Of a stretch of DNA of 64,000 nt, positions 37,689 to 50,806 are shown piece by piece. The translations under genes and the position numbers were made by a program. The notes beneath the pieces were generated by a model. It was not told the origin of the DNA and did no database searches. It worked only from the letters and a program-made list of their open reading frames with translations. Source of the stretch: Eledone cirrhosa (Eukaryota); contig OZ024740.1 of assembly GCA_964016885.1 (NCBI GenBank), forward strand, positions 391,468,001-391,532,000. Direction: 5' to 3'. Numbering within the stretch: the stretch's first letter is position 1; each line of letters begins with the position of its first letter.

Positions 37689-40600
37689 TCTCACTTGCCC
37701 CGTTTCTCATCCAACATGGCCGTACTCAGAATAGACAGTATAAATGCACGTGGCCTGGGGTCATCTTGGAAGCAGGGTCACCTGCTCAACGACCTCAGGT
37801 CACTAAACATAGATGTGGTGGCCATCAGTGAGACCAGAATCTCCGAAGCACAAGCCTTCGCACCGATCTTCGGCGGCTACGATGTATACGCATCTCCCAG
37901 CCGTCTAGGATCGCGGGGAGGGGTTGCCGTCCTTTTTCGGAGAGGCTTCGATCTCGCCATACGGGTCATCTTCCTAGACCAAGAAGGTAAGTCGGTGGTG
38001 CTGGACGTGACCGGCAGCGAAGGCAATGCTTTCAGGCTAGTAGCCGTCTACGCCCCAACAGGTGCAGGACGGCCAGATTTCTTCAGACGTCTAGAGACCT
38101 TTCTTGGAACGTCCCGCTCTTTAGTGTTAGTGGGCGATGGAACGGTATCTTGGATGCACGCTGGTATTGTGTGGGGCTAGTGGATAGGGGAGGAGAAGCA
38201 AGTGTCTCACCAACCTGCTCAGACGTTTTGAACTGTCTGACAGGTATCGATTGAATCACCCGAATGTGCCAATGTGGACATGGACAAATCGCATCGGGTC
38301 ATCCAGATCGTATCTCGATAGGGTATTCTGCAGAGAACTAGATAAGGCTAGTATAAGTTGTCCACAATTTAAAATAGTCGACTACACAGACCACAAATTT
38401 GTGATCTGTGAGATCGACATAGACAGACTTCATAGACAAGGGCCCGGTTACTGGAAGCTGAACGCGTCTTTCCCGGCGCGCAAAGCCTACAGAGACCGGA
38501 TTAGCGTATTAGTTAAGCGGGCGTTGACGGGAGCGGGCGTTGACGGGAGCGGGCGTTGACGGGAGCGGTCGTCAACAACAGGTGGTGGTTCGCCCTGAAA
38601 AGGGTAATTAAAGTAGAGTCGATTAGGTTTAGCAAAGGACTAGTGATAGAGGAAAATAGAGTAGAGGGAGAGCTAGTCAGAAAGCTAGAAGAGGCGTTTA
38701 GGACAGGCATCGCAACCGACGTGCTTGCGGCGAGATTGGCACTCGACCAATTCTTCAACGCAAAACACGAATGCTGCGTTGTCAGAGTTTGAGCGCGTGC
38801 TCTGAAACACGAGGGGACAAAAGGGCCCGGGTGGCAGAGGCGCCACGTGGCAACAAAGCCACAATTCGGTCTTTGACCAAAACGGGTGCGTGTTGCTCGA
38901 ACCCAAGCAGACGTGTGAAGCTTTTCAGCAGCACTTTGCTGAACTGTTCGGGAGCAACGGCGGCCCGGATAGGGGCATGGACTTCAGTGCATACCTCGAC
39001 GGACTGCCTCGGCTGTCGACGACGGCAGCACAGTGTTGCGAAAAGCCAATAACAGCCGGTGAAATACGGGAAGCGATGGCTAACTGCACGAGGGGTAAAT
39101 CGCCAGGTTTGGATGGTCTGCCCTACGAGCTTTATGCATTCATGCCAGACTTGTTCGGTGACCTCTTGGCAGACGTCTACTGCAACTGGCAGCAGAAAGG
39201 GAGCATTCCCAGTTTTGTGAGCCGGGGAGCGGTGGCGCTGCTGAGAAAAGACTTGGCCAAGGTGTTAGCAACGAGGTTGGCGCTTGTCGTCAAGGGTCTG
39301 GTGGGAGAGGCGCAGACATGCGCCATTCCGTACATATCCATACACAACAACCTCCACCTCATGCGATACATCATAGAGAGGGTGGTTAAGGAACCTGGCA
39401 CGGGTGGGGCCCTGATCAACTTGGATCAATCCAAAGCATTCGATAGGGCCGACCATCGGTACCTGGCGGCGGTCCTCGAGGCAGCCGGTTTCGGGCCCGT
39501 TTTCAGGGTTTGGATCGCTGCGATGTACAGCGACATTGTGAGGGTGAACGGTCACCTGTCGCAGCCGTTCAGCATCATGTTTTCGGTCCGCCAGGGTTGT
39601 CCCCTCTCGTCGCTCTTGTACGTATTGGCTCTCGAGCCGTTACTGCACGAACTGGGGGCGATGAGGGGCGTCCCACGCGAACTAGGATGCCGGAAATCCG
39701 AGTCGGCTTACGCCGACGACGTCACCGTGGTGGTGTCGAGCACCAGACACGTCCAGATGCTCGGCACCGTTCTCAAGGAATACGAAGCGATGACAGGAGC
39801 AAAGATAAACCAGGAAAAGTCGGTGGGCTTGCAGCTCGGCACCTGGAGAGGCAAGTCCATGCCGTCCGATAGCGTCGTGGGGCGTTGGACGGACGGACCG
39901 GTTAAATTTTTCGGAGTCTGGTTCGGACCGGACCTCCAGATGGAGAAAAACTGGAACGAGGTGACGAGCAAGGTGGCCTTCCTCACCCAGAAATGGGCTG
40001 AGAGGAAGCTGTCCCTGAAAGGTCGGGCGGAGGTGGCGAATGCGTACATAGCGTCCGTCATCTGCTACCGCCTGACCGTCGTACCTTGCCCCCGCCCAAC
40101 TCTCACCAAAATGGAGCGCCTCCTCTTCCGCTTTTTGTGGAAGGGACGCTGTCCCATGGTCAGACGATCCATCTGCTGTCAATACCCGTTGCGTGGAGGA
40201 CTGGGCATGCCATGGCTGATGATGCGCAAACATGCGCTGAGGCTGCGACATCTCTGGTGCTTCCTTGACGGTGAACAGGTGTGGTCGCCGTTCGACAGGC
40301 ACGTTTTCCCACAGCTCGTCTCCTTGACGGAGCTTCAGTCCTGGGTCAGAAAAAGACCGAGGGATAGCGCTTGGAAACTGAAATGTCTCCAGGCGCTCAC
40401 TGCCCTCTGTCAGATGGGAACCAGTATCGGTGGAACATCCACCTCGGCGTTCTATAGAGGACTAGTGGAGGGGAAGAGCGATGACGTTCTCGGAGAGATC
40501 CTGGTCGTCGAATAAGATCAGCTGTTTGCTCTCTTCCGGAGAACTTTCAGCCCGAGGCCTATGGGTAACTTCCCAAAATCCCTGGCCTGGCAGTGCTACC

Positions 40601-41380
40601 GGGGAGCGCTGCCGGTTCGAGATAAGCTCTACAGGCACAGAAGTGCCGTCAGCCGAGCCTGTCCGAGATGCGCGCAGAGCGACGAAACCGTCGTGCACGC
40701 ACTCGTTCAGTGCCCGAGCATTGCTGACTTGTGGAGCTATGTCGAACAGTTGCTGTCGCGTGTAGGACTGATCCGGTTATCGACTGAGTCCATTGTGCAG
40801 ATGGTCTCGCCGTCTTCCTTCGAGGAGGAAGGGCAGGCGGTTTTCATCAGCCTGGTGGCCATGGCGAAAGAGATTGTGTGGTGGGCAAGGTTGAAAGGGT
40901 TAAAGACAGACACTTTCCTCTTCGACGAATCTCTAATTAACTTTTTCAAGTTTCACTTGAAGAGGAAAATCAGGGTGGAGAGGCAAGTGCTGCCTTCTAG
41001 CAAGTTTGTTGAAAGGTGGGTGAATGTAGCGAGAATGGTCTGAGTGAACGGGACCACTCTGAATATACGTCTGTAGTTTGAAAAATGGAAAAATTGAGAG
41101 AGGGCGCTTGTCCTAGTGGCCAGGGTGGCCGTGGTCTTTTGTGTGGTTTTCGCCACGTGTAACCCTCGGAGGTTTCCCCCCTATTGGGGAATTTTTCATT
41201 GTTTCAATTTTCATTTTTATTGTTTATATATATATATGTTTCTATGTCCTTTTTTTCTTTTCTTATATAAATAATAAAAATATTTACACGCACAAAACCC
41301 ACTTCGTACCGTCCTGTACCGTCCTGTGCCGTCTGTAATGTTTTTCTTGATGTCAGCCCGTGTGGCCAATAAAGAAATCA
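37689..41380 (+). mobile_element. Tx1/L1-type LINE: ORF2 (APE endonuclease, RT, C-terminal zinc-binding region) plus 3' UTR; lacks ORF1; several frameshifts and stops
   Basis: ATG at 37716 begins SINARGL..ISET..VAVYAP..SYLDR..TDH..GPGYWKLN. RT motifs KSPGLDGLPYE, LDQSKAFD, VRQGCPLS, AYADDV and GGLG. CPRC..ETVVHALVQC. Ends CCAATAAAGAAATC(ATT)n. Confidence 0.94.
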
Positions 41381-41569
41381 TTATTATTATTATTGTTATT
41401 ATTATTCATCTTCGATGTAACAGCGGTGACACTACTGTTGCTGCTGCTGCTTTGCTTTTACACACAAACTCGATTATATTAATTGTAATTTTTGTTAGTT
41501 TCACTTTTGCCAATATTATTGATATTTTTGTCGTCATTTTTGTGGTCATTGTTGTTGTTGTTGTTCCAA

Positions 41570-41770
41570 GATGATAAATTGGCAAAAATCCTATAACACC
41601 GGAATAAATGTATTTTAGTATTTAGAACGTGTATTTTTTGTTCAAATATCCCCGGAATCGATTTTGTCCTTCATCCCTACCAGATTTATAAAGTAATTAT
41701 TAATCATTTACTATAGTAGATTTAATCGACTTCCTCAACTCGCATTTAAATTAGTTGCATTTTAAAATCC
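41570..41770 (+). mobile_element. Old, highly diverged Nin-domain SINE copy
   Basis: TTGGCAAAAATC..GTTCAAAT..TTTTGTCCTTCATCCCTAC..GATTTAATCGACTTCC, collinear with the young copies. Confidence 0.55.
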
Positions 41771-42144
41771 AACATTTTGGCTTCTATCTTAAGGTCAGTG
41801 TTTGTAAGTATGCCATTCTTTACAGACATCGATCTTGTGCAGTTACCCAAATGCATATCTTCATCGCGCCACAAGAACTACCAGTTAATTAAACCAGCCT
41901 CTAAGCATCACCAATCAAATGCCTAAAGGTGTAAATATGTAGATTGACTCATTACTTTCAGAATAATATAAAACTTTAACTGTATTGCAAATTAACATAT
42001 TTGGTTGCAACCAATTTATAAATAAGCATTTAGTTGAAATCTAATGTAAATCACTAATTCAAATATACAAAATTCCAACTAGCTGAAGACAAGACAAATA
42101 TTCCGTAATGCTTCAAGAAAACTGTAAAACTCTCATATATATGA

Positions 42145-42240
42145 ATTGGATTCGCAATCGTGAGGTTGTGAGTTCGATTCCTGGACCAGGCGATACGTTA
42201 TGTCCTTGAGCAAGACACTTTATTTCACGTTGCTCCTTCT
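42145..42240 (+). mobile_element. tRNA-derived SINE fragment of a different family
   Basis: B-box GAGTTCGATTCC followed by TGTCCTTGAGCAAGACACTTTATTTCAC, a Meta/CORE-like central domain. Confidence 0.65.
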
Positions 42241-42333
42241 AACTGGAGTTGCGACCGATAGATAGTATTAGCAATTGGAAAGACCAATGGAAACATTGTT
42301 TCCTCAGTCCGATTTGACGAAAGTCGATCATCC

Positions 42334-42375
<42 letters not shown>

Positions 42376-43072
42376 AAAGCATTAGTGCTAAAATGATAAA
42401 GATTGAAATATAGTCGTGGTCACAGCTCACAGAGAAACAAGATTCGACTCTACATTATGACATTTGTCATTATGTTGATAGACTAACCAGTAAGATATGA
42501 GTGGAATTTATTTGAGTGCAATGAATTACAGCTCTATGAGTATGTCTTGAAATAACGAAAGGGGATGATTAAAGTGCGTTAAGTGCAACAGTCACTGTAA
42601 AGTAGTTATATGCGTTCTCTGCCAAATTATCTGACACACTTTTGATTCTTTCAGAAGAAGCTGTTCCAATTCCTTCATTCATTGCATCATTTAGTTGTAA
42701 AGGTTTTCAACAACGTAAAGATAAATTACTCTGTCATGTTGACCTGTTATTGAATAAATTAAACGAGCATGAAATAATGTTTTGTTATCAATGAGCTATT
42801 AAAGATTATATGGATGAGATTTTCGTATTCTTTGTTCTTTTCAACACATAAACATCTTTAAGTACATCAGATCTTACTGAGGTGCACTTGTTATTTCACT
42901 CTTTAAAATTATTTTCCTCAGCACTGCCATCCCGTCGCGTACACACGTGTAAAAGCACTTTGGATACTGTGCTCTTCAATGTACGTAAAACCTGCGACTT
43001 TGTGTAAAATATCGACCATACTTAAATTGACATACAAATAAAAACATGTTAGAATATATAGTACATATATAT

Positions 43073-43262
43073 GTGGATTGGCAGTATCGGTAGAGGGTTT
43101 GACGCCATGCTTTGCAGCAAAGAGTTACGGCCCTTTATGATCTGAGTTCAAATCCCGCCGAGGTTAACTTTGCCTTTCATCCTTACGGGGTCGATAAAAT
43201 AAAGTACCAGTAATGTACTGGGTAATTGTTGGCCTTGTGCCAAAAGTAGAAACAATTATTAT
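43073..43262 (+). mobile_element. Nin-domain SINE, near full length, short subfamily
   Basis: A and B boxes, Nin core and GTAGAAACAATTATT. Confidence 0.92.
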
Positions 43263-43919
43263 GATCAGTGTTCTTTAAAAATGCAGCATTGTTGAGCGTC
43301 TATTATCAAGCTTCCATATTATCAATTCTATGCAAAACCTTATTATTAAGAATGAATAATTTATTACACAAGTATGGAAATAATTATAACTTACATCGCA
43401 CAGCATATGAACTAGTAAATTTTCTCTATGAAAATATATATTTCGTATTCTTCTAAAAAAGATGTTCTATTAAGAGTTTTTTTTTAAAATCAGCTTGTTA
43501 TCCATAAGCTGAAATGTTTAACAACTACTGCATATCTCTACAGAAGTTATTAATTTAGACGGAATGTAATATTATCTATAATTAACTTGAACAGTTTTTT
43601 GTCAAAGCAGCATCAATGTTTATAAGTAATACAAAACTTATACATGCGTGTAGGTGAGTAAACGATACAATGTGTAGTTGTACAGTACATCGCAAATTTT
43701 CTGGTCACTAATAATCCGACACCTTTTTTTAATATGGACACAATTATGAACGGACACTTGAATGTCCTGGGACTCACCAGGGTGGCCACAGGTGGCGCTC
43801 TGTGTCTGTGGTTTTTGCAGTTCCAGTGATTTGAGTAAATTCGTAGCTGATCTTGTATACATTTATCCCTAATTATGACATCCACATAACAATGCGAGTG
43901 TCAAAGAGTAAACACATGT

Positions 43920-43986
<67 letters not shown>

Positions 43987-45664
43987 TAGAGAGATAGATA
44001 GATACGCGAGAAAACTGGCCAACGGCTTTTCGGTATGAAATTTCTGTTTGAAATATATGGTAGTAATTCCAGTATGTAGGACGTTAGTGAAAGCATTAGA
44101 TTTAGTTTTGAACATTTCTATCTCCATATTATTATAGAAATTCGAAGTGTGCCTCTGCCTTCAAAATATATTTCTAGTGAAAAACACGATGCATCGTAAT
44201 ATAGCAGGAAAAAAATATATATCAATAACATGGAAGCAGATTCTTAGGGATTTATCCTGAACAAAGGTATGTCGTGAAAGTATGTCAAAACTCCTGTTAG
44301 TCTGTCAAGGGTGCGGGAAAATTAGTGAGACAACTGTAGTAAAACTAATGGCAATTACAAATTCTTTCACACATCATAAGCACGACACGTATTTTGTATC
44401 ATATTTTACTTTTAATATTGTCTTATTACTTTATCATATATCAACACTCAGTCAAGTAAACAAAACCTACGATAGCTTTATTTGCAGTCCAAGGTATATT
44501 ATAGTCTAGTTGGTTACTTGCTTGTGTTAGTGGAGAAAGTCATCGAAGGTTTTCTTTTCCTTTAGCATTCTATAAACTATGGTCAACCACTTTATAGATC
44601 ATTCCATTTTGGGGGGTTTTAAAGGACTACATTATATAATATATGATGTCTTTATATATGACGGTAGAGTGTGATTTCATGGAGATTTGGTTGGTGATAT
44701 TTAAAACAATGATTAAAGGCGTTCAGACCATGGCCATGCTTATGTTGTATATATTTTGTATATCTAGGACTAAAGTTTTCAGGGCCCTAATTAATTTAAG
44801 ATAGTATGGTGTGATTAGAAAGAGATTCGTCTGTTGTTTCAAGCATCTATAAAAACATTAGCATATAGAATAACTTTGAGGCTCCCTTATTAGCTCTAAA
44901 TTTTAGACAGGGTTTTGAAACCATATCGGGGCAAATTTTTTATTTCTTATTGTTTGGTCGCTAATATAATGCAAGCTGCTTCATTCCGTCTCCGGGACCT
45001 ACCCATGGCTTTTTAGACTATAGATTTGTATATGGAATATTCGCCTGCACAATGGACGAGCATGCAAATTTCCGTTTTCCACACTACAAATGAAACCCAA
45101 ATGATGGACAAGGGCTGATACAGTTTGGCGCCAATCTCTATACAGGCATCGCTTTTTGAACATTAAGAGATTATGAGAAGATATAAATTATACTGATTTC
45201 GTAATGATTAATGAACGAAGTTTGAAATATAAGTCTACAAACATTATGAAGAACAAACAATTTTATTTTATCATATATGTTTCCAATACTAGTTCAATGT
45301 TCTATAACATGCTAATGTTTAATATGTTGGATCGATAGTCATTTTCCAGGAGTTTTATCATTATAATATCACAATATTTAAATAGAATATTTAATATCTT
45401 GCATTAGCGTGATTTCGTTAATTATTATTTTTGTAGTCATTTTTATTGCATTTAAAAAAAGAAAATTCACTGAAACTGCCACACCACTGAATTTAATATC
45501 ATAAAGCTATTACAGTTGTCAATGAAGGAAATCATTTCAGTGTAATTAAAAATGAATATACGTAATTATATTGGACCGATTATGTTTTCATATTAATGTA
45601 TGACTCAACGTTAAAGTAACGATTCAGAAAAATACACTTGCATTGTATATTATATCTCCTCTGT

Positions 45665-47010
45665 TATGGCAGCAGCGTTAACCTGATACCTCACAAGGAA
45701 TATGTAGCTGGATATGCCAGTTCTGGAGGGTGGCACCATTGGAGTGTCTGGTTGTGTAGAGCATGCCTTAATGATTAGGAAGGCAATCCAAAGAGCTAGA
45801 GCAGAAAGGAGAGATCTTGATGTGATGTGGCTTGATCTGGCCAATACCTACGACTCAGTCCCATACAAAATTGTCCAACTAGCTCTCAAGGTGTACCATG
45901 TTCCAAAGAACACCCGAAAATGCTGAAGAAGTATTTTCATGGTTTCTCTATGCGATTATCCACAAAAAATTACACAACAATTTGGATTACTTTGAAGTTG
46001 AAATAACAATGGGCTGTGAAATCTCTCCTATACAGTTTGTGTTGGCAATGCAGGTCATCCTGAAGGCAGCAATTGGCTGGTCAGCTCCAACAGTGCTCAG
46101 AGAGAGATTTCGAATGCCACGTCTAAAAGCCCTCATGGAAGACATTATGGCCCTTTCCACAAAATAGGATGAAACAGGTAAATTTCTGAAACAATTGGAT
46201 AAGGAAGTTGCATCGTCCAGAATGAGGTTCAAACCAAAGAAACCACGGAGCCTCTCTCCGCGGAAAGGTAAAATAGCTGGAACAGTAGCGTCATAGTAGT
46301 CAACCAAAATATCCTAATAGTAACCGAGGAACCCTTCAAAATGACAGTCTGAAAGATATGAAAAAGGGAACCGAAACCAAATGAAAGGCGTGAAAATGTA
46401 TACAAGTAATAGGCCAATGTGGTCTTTCTGCCAATTTACAAAGTTTGGTATTTGCAGTTCCTGTTGATCCTAAGGCTTTACTGTTCTCAGCTGATATGGA
46501 GTTTGATAACCTGCTTGAGGTGGGATATCGTACTCTATTCTAGTTCATCAAATCACCTGATTGTGATTGAACTCATCCTGCTATTTGAAAGTAGAATAGA
46601 AGAAGCACACATGTTTAAAACCGAAAAATACGCCAGAGATTCGTCTGTTGTTTCAAGCATCTATAAAAACATTAGCATATAGAACAACTTTAAGGCTCCC
46701 TTATTAGCTTTAAATTTTAGACAGGGTTTTGAAACCATGTCGGGGCAAATTTTTTATTTCTTATTGTTTGGTCGCTAATATAATGTAAGCTGCTTCATTC
46801 CGTCTCCGAAAGATACGCCAGTTTGGCCAACATTCTGAGAAAGCCAACTTCTCGGTCAAGGTTCTCGCCATAAAAGTTGAAGCCAGAAGTTTTGTTGGTA
46901 AATCTGCCTACAATCTCATAGAACAATTCTGAGTCTCTGGGAAGAACAAGAGCAAATCCCTAAAAACGATATCAGAGGTAACTGGAGCTGGATATCAGAG
47001 GTAACTGGAA
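45665..47010 (+). mobile_element. NeSL/HERO-like LINE remnant (RT plus restriction-like endonuclease), heavily deleted
   Basis: GVSGCVEHA..DLDVMWLDLANTYDSVP, ITMGCEISPIQFVLAM, ALMEDI and LRWDIVLYS..VIELILLFESRIEEAH..KY. Confidence 0.8.
46635..46808 (+). repeat. 174-bp local copy of 44821-44994 inserted in the LINE, with a 16-bp flanking duplication
   Basis: About 5 transitions versus the donor. Flanks are CCGAAAAATACGCCAG (46621-46636) and CCGAAAGATACGCCAG (46806-46821). Confidence 0.92.
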
Positions 47011-47258
47011 CAAAAACGACTTTCATATCGTTTGAGGGCATTATGTTTGTATTCTAACGTCCGCTAAGAGTCATGGTTGTAGTGTTCGTGGCGCCGGTGA
47101 GGTTGTTGACCTCGCACCGCTATGATGGCTAACAACATAATTTTTCTAAACTCAAATACATGAGGGGGATGGGGGGTTCTTCTCTGAAAACAAGAGAGTC
47201 AACGACCATCCAATAAAATATTTTGTGTGTGTATTTTATATATATATATATATATATA

Positions 47259-47325
47259 GGAACGAGTAGGACCCCGACGGCTGAGCTCAAGCCGGTCCAC
47301 CTGGTTCCTTACCACATTTCCTTCG

Positions 47326-47330
<5 letters not shown>
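47259..47330 (+). mobile_element. Short member of the 12033 TA-embedded family
   Basis: Inverted AGGACCCCGACGGCTGAGCTCA is joined to GGTCCACCTGGTTCCTTACCACA (also at about 12207-12229). (TA)n lies on both sides. Confidence 0.8.
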
Positions 47331-47364
<34 letters not shown>

Positions 47365-47504
47365 GAGAGAGAGAGAGAGAGAGAGAGAAGGAGAAGAAAT
47401 AGATAGATAAACCGATAGATATAGCTGACGTATATTTATAAGTATATATTCAAATCAAGGTGGTGTTAATTATACCTAAAAATTTAGACTAATATATTAT
47501 ACAT

Positions 47505-48475
47505 GTTCGGATAAATGGTGCTACATCGAAACCATTCAGTGTTGGGATCGGACTCCGTCAAGGTGCGTACAGCCACCTCTCATGTTTTTCATGAACAGAA
47601 TTGATACGCGCAGCCGAGTTGGAAGTGGTATTACGACTGGCATAGAATCAGTCGGCTGGAATTTGTAGACGACATGGTGTTACTAATTCAACAGAAGTTG
47701 ACTTGCAGTTGACAGGTTGGATGCCAAGTACTGCATGGTTGAAATGAAAATCAGTACTGCAAAAACTGAGACATTCGTCCTCACAAGGAAGCCTGAGCAG
47801 TGCACTCTACGTGTGAATGGAGTTCCATTGAAGCATGTGGAGAAATTCAAGTACCCCGGGGCCGTGTCCATGTGTGATGGAAATAATTATGCTGAATTAA
47901 GTGCAAAAATTGCAGGAGCTGGAGCACTAATGCACGAACTTAAGCATTCGGTAATCAGAAGAAGTGAAGTAGGTGTAAAAGCCAAACTCGCTACCTTCAA
48001 TTCGGTATTTGTGCCAACACTTACCTATGATCATGCATCTTCGGTAATAACCGAAAGAATACGATTGCGAATACAAGTGGGGGGCAAAATGGGTGTTTGA
48101 AGTAACGTTACGTGATAGAGCCGCTTCATGTGAAGTCGCTACTTCTCGGAATTGAGAGATCACAGCTTCAATACTGTTGGCATGGGGTTACAATGTCTCA
48201 GGAAATAATCGCTGGACAGATTTTACGGGCAAAACCAACCGACAGGAGACTTAAGTATAGACCCCAAGCAAGATGGTTGGATAACATCCATGAGCTCGGC
48301 TGGTCTCGCTCGTGGGTCAGCTCTATCAGTTGGAAACGGTTGCTTCTGACAGGACTCTCTTAGGAAGAAGTGGAAGAAGAAGAAGAAGAAGAAGAAGAAG
48401 AAGAAGAAGAAGAAGAAGAAGAAGAAGAAGAAGAAGAAGAAGAAGAAGAAGAAGAAGAAGAAGAAGAAGAAGAAA
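47505..48475 (+). mobile_element. RTE-type LINE 3' remnant with (GAA)n at its 3' end
   Basis: GLRQG, MKISTAKTE..LKHVEKFKYPG..SVFVPTLTY and IERSQLQY..RPQARWLD, followed by (GAA)n at about 48373-48475. Confidence 0.8.
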
Positions 48476-48574
48476 AGTTTGAAAGAGAAATTGCTGATAC
48501 AAATGTTTTAACACATAAAATGATTATGAGAAAAAGAAAATATCTTCATATTTATTGTTTACTAATTGAATAAG

Positions 48575-48613
48575 AACAGCAGTGACCGGGGCAACGCCGG
48601 GGAATTCAGCTAG
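48575..48613 (+). mobile_element. Isolated Helitron-type 3' end
   Basis: GC hairpin CCGGGGCAACGCCGGGG, then CTAG|T at 48610-48614. Similar to 52974-53004. Confidence 0.6.
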
Positions 48614-49825
48614 TATACAAGGGCGAGTGTTCCAGTTAATACGATAAACGGAACAGCCTCTCATGATATTGACGTGCAAATAGCTGAGCATTTCACAGAC
48701 ATAATTACCCTTCCCGTAGGTCTCAGGAAAATTCAGCGTGACACAGAAGTACATATAAAACTAATGTTTGCCAGCTGTGTGGGGTAGGGCAACGTGAAAT
48801 ATATCTTGCTCAAAAATACAACGTGTCACTGGGATTGCACTCACAACCTCCACTAAACCATGCGCCTTCACCCCCCCCCCCCCACACACGCATGCACACA
48901 CACATGTATATGATACTATTTATCTTAAACCCACCAGGGAAAGGCATACCTAATATCTGAGACCATGGTTTAGTATCATCATACAACTTTAACTGCCTCG
49001 CAATAGATAGATTTTGTAAAACTTTGCGAGTCATATTCAAGAAATTATATTTGAATATTATCATTGGTACCAACTCGACGTTAAATAAAGTTTTGGATCT
49101 TACAATAGATATAAACCCATACAAATACGACATTTACATAAATCTAAATGTAGAAACCTTATACGTACATAAATAGGATACATAAATATCTCTTGCCATA
49201 AATAATAGATCACTTAAGAAGATTTTTTTCCCTATCCTCAGATAAGGTTTTATTACCGACAGCATTAACACAACTTGGTTTTAACAAAAAAAAACAAAAA
49301 AACAAATACAGAAGGAACAACCCCGAAAACAGCAGAACCATTTAGAAGAAAGTAATTTAGTTTTGCCAACCTTATAACATGAATATAGCTTTCACCATAG
49401 CTCGTTATATCTTGTAATAAATAGAACAAACATTTCGACACTAATAGGTTTCAGTCAGATATCATTACTTACTTCAAAGTAAATCAAAGACACAGACAAC
49501 TACAATCCCAACCACCATCCTATAAATGCAGACACCTCTCAATATGGCAACATATATGGTTGTGCTTCTCTAAAACGACAATGTATTGAGCTACAATAAA
49601 GCTCTCCATTGGTATTAAGAAGAATTACACGAAACGTAACTTAAAGAACCGATGCTACATTTACAGTAATTCAGATCAAAGAACAAGGACAACTCCATAT
49701 ACTCAACCTACTTCGACTGCAAACTCATACAGCGCAGATCTGAACGCAATGCGATAACACGTAAGATTGTGAAAGAGATATGGTCAACGTACAAGAAGAA
49801 TGTTTAGCTATGTATGACAGAGATA

Positions 49826-50806
49826 TCTACTTATATATATAACCAGCAATTTCTCTGTCTGTCTGTCCGACAGTGGAAACATGTGCGTAGAGAGAGAGTG
49901 AGAGTGAAAGAAAGAGACAGACTACGAGAGGGGGATAGCGGGAGGGAGAGAGGGAGAGAGAGAGAGTGAATAGACGCTAGAACACGTGCTACAGAAATAT
50001 TACCTTCCCCTTCCTTTATAGAAATATTACCTTCCCCTCTCCACTGACTTTGGTCACTGAGGCCGAGGGAATCGCTGGTTGCTATAGAGACACCTTGCAC
50101 AAGCCAGAAGTAACCAGTTCGAGGCGGTTCTGACTTGACACCATGCGAAGAAGGTTGCCATTGAATTTGTGGTTTGAAGAAGGTTGCCATTGAATTTGTG
50201 GTTGTTGCTGCTGATAATAAGGACCATTTGAAGAAGGTTGCTGCTGATGAGGTAATTTATTAATCAGATTGCACAGTTCCATAACCTACGTTTGATTTGT
50301 TCAATTTTTTTCTTCAATTTTTTTTATTGTTTTTTTAATTTCTTATTGAAAAAATATAAATAATAAAATAAGGTTAGAAATTTAAATACAATTAAATACG
50401 ATTTAATTTCCATTTCCAGCAGCCAATGTCCAGTGTTCAATTTCATGAAAAAATTGGAAATAATTCAAAAAATTGAAGTTTAACTTTTGAACATTTGTTT
50501 TGACAATAAAAAAATATTTCCTTATTCACACCTAATGGTATGATTAAAATTTCATAGGAATATTTAAAATTTCATAGGAATATTTCTAACCGCCAGTTAT
50601 TTATTTTCTCCTTTTTCGTTTTAACATATATTTATTTCAAAGATTTCACCGTATAGATAACATATATATTTATACATGCATAAAAGACACACCGAAAGAC
50701 GGTGAACATGTGGTGCCGAAAACATTTCTCATCCAAATCTCAACAATATCAGTATATACACTAGATTTGCTAGCAGAAAACCGCCCACCGGGTGGTTTTC
50801 TGCTAG
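49826..50806 (+). mobile_element. Non-autonomous Helitron A
   Basis: A|TCTACTTATATATATAA..(CTGT)n start. Ends in a GC hairpin plus CTAG (50803-50806). No TSD. Internal 27-bp and 29-bp tandem duplications. Confidence 0.6.

Noticed and set aside
39177-40302. Long antisense and alternate-frame ORFs
   Set aside because: They are shadows of the GC-rich LINE reverse transcriptase ORF.
50147-50240. 29-bp repeats as a CRISPR-like array
   Set aside because: They are adjacent tandem copies without unique spacers, in eukaryotic DNA with no cas genes.
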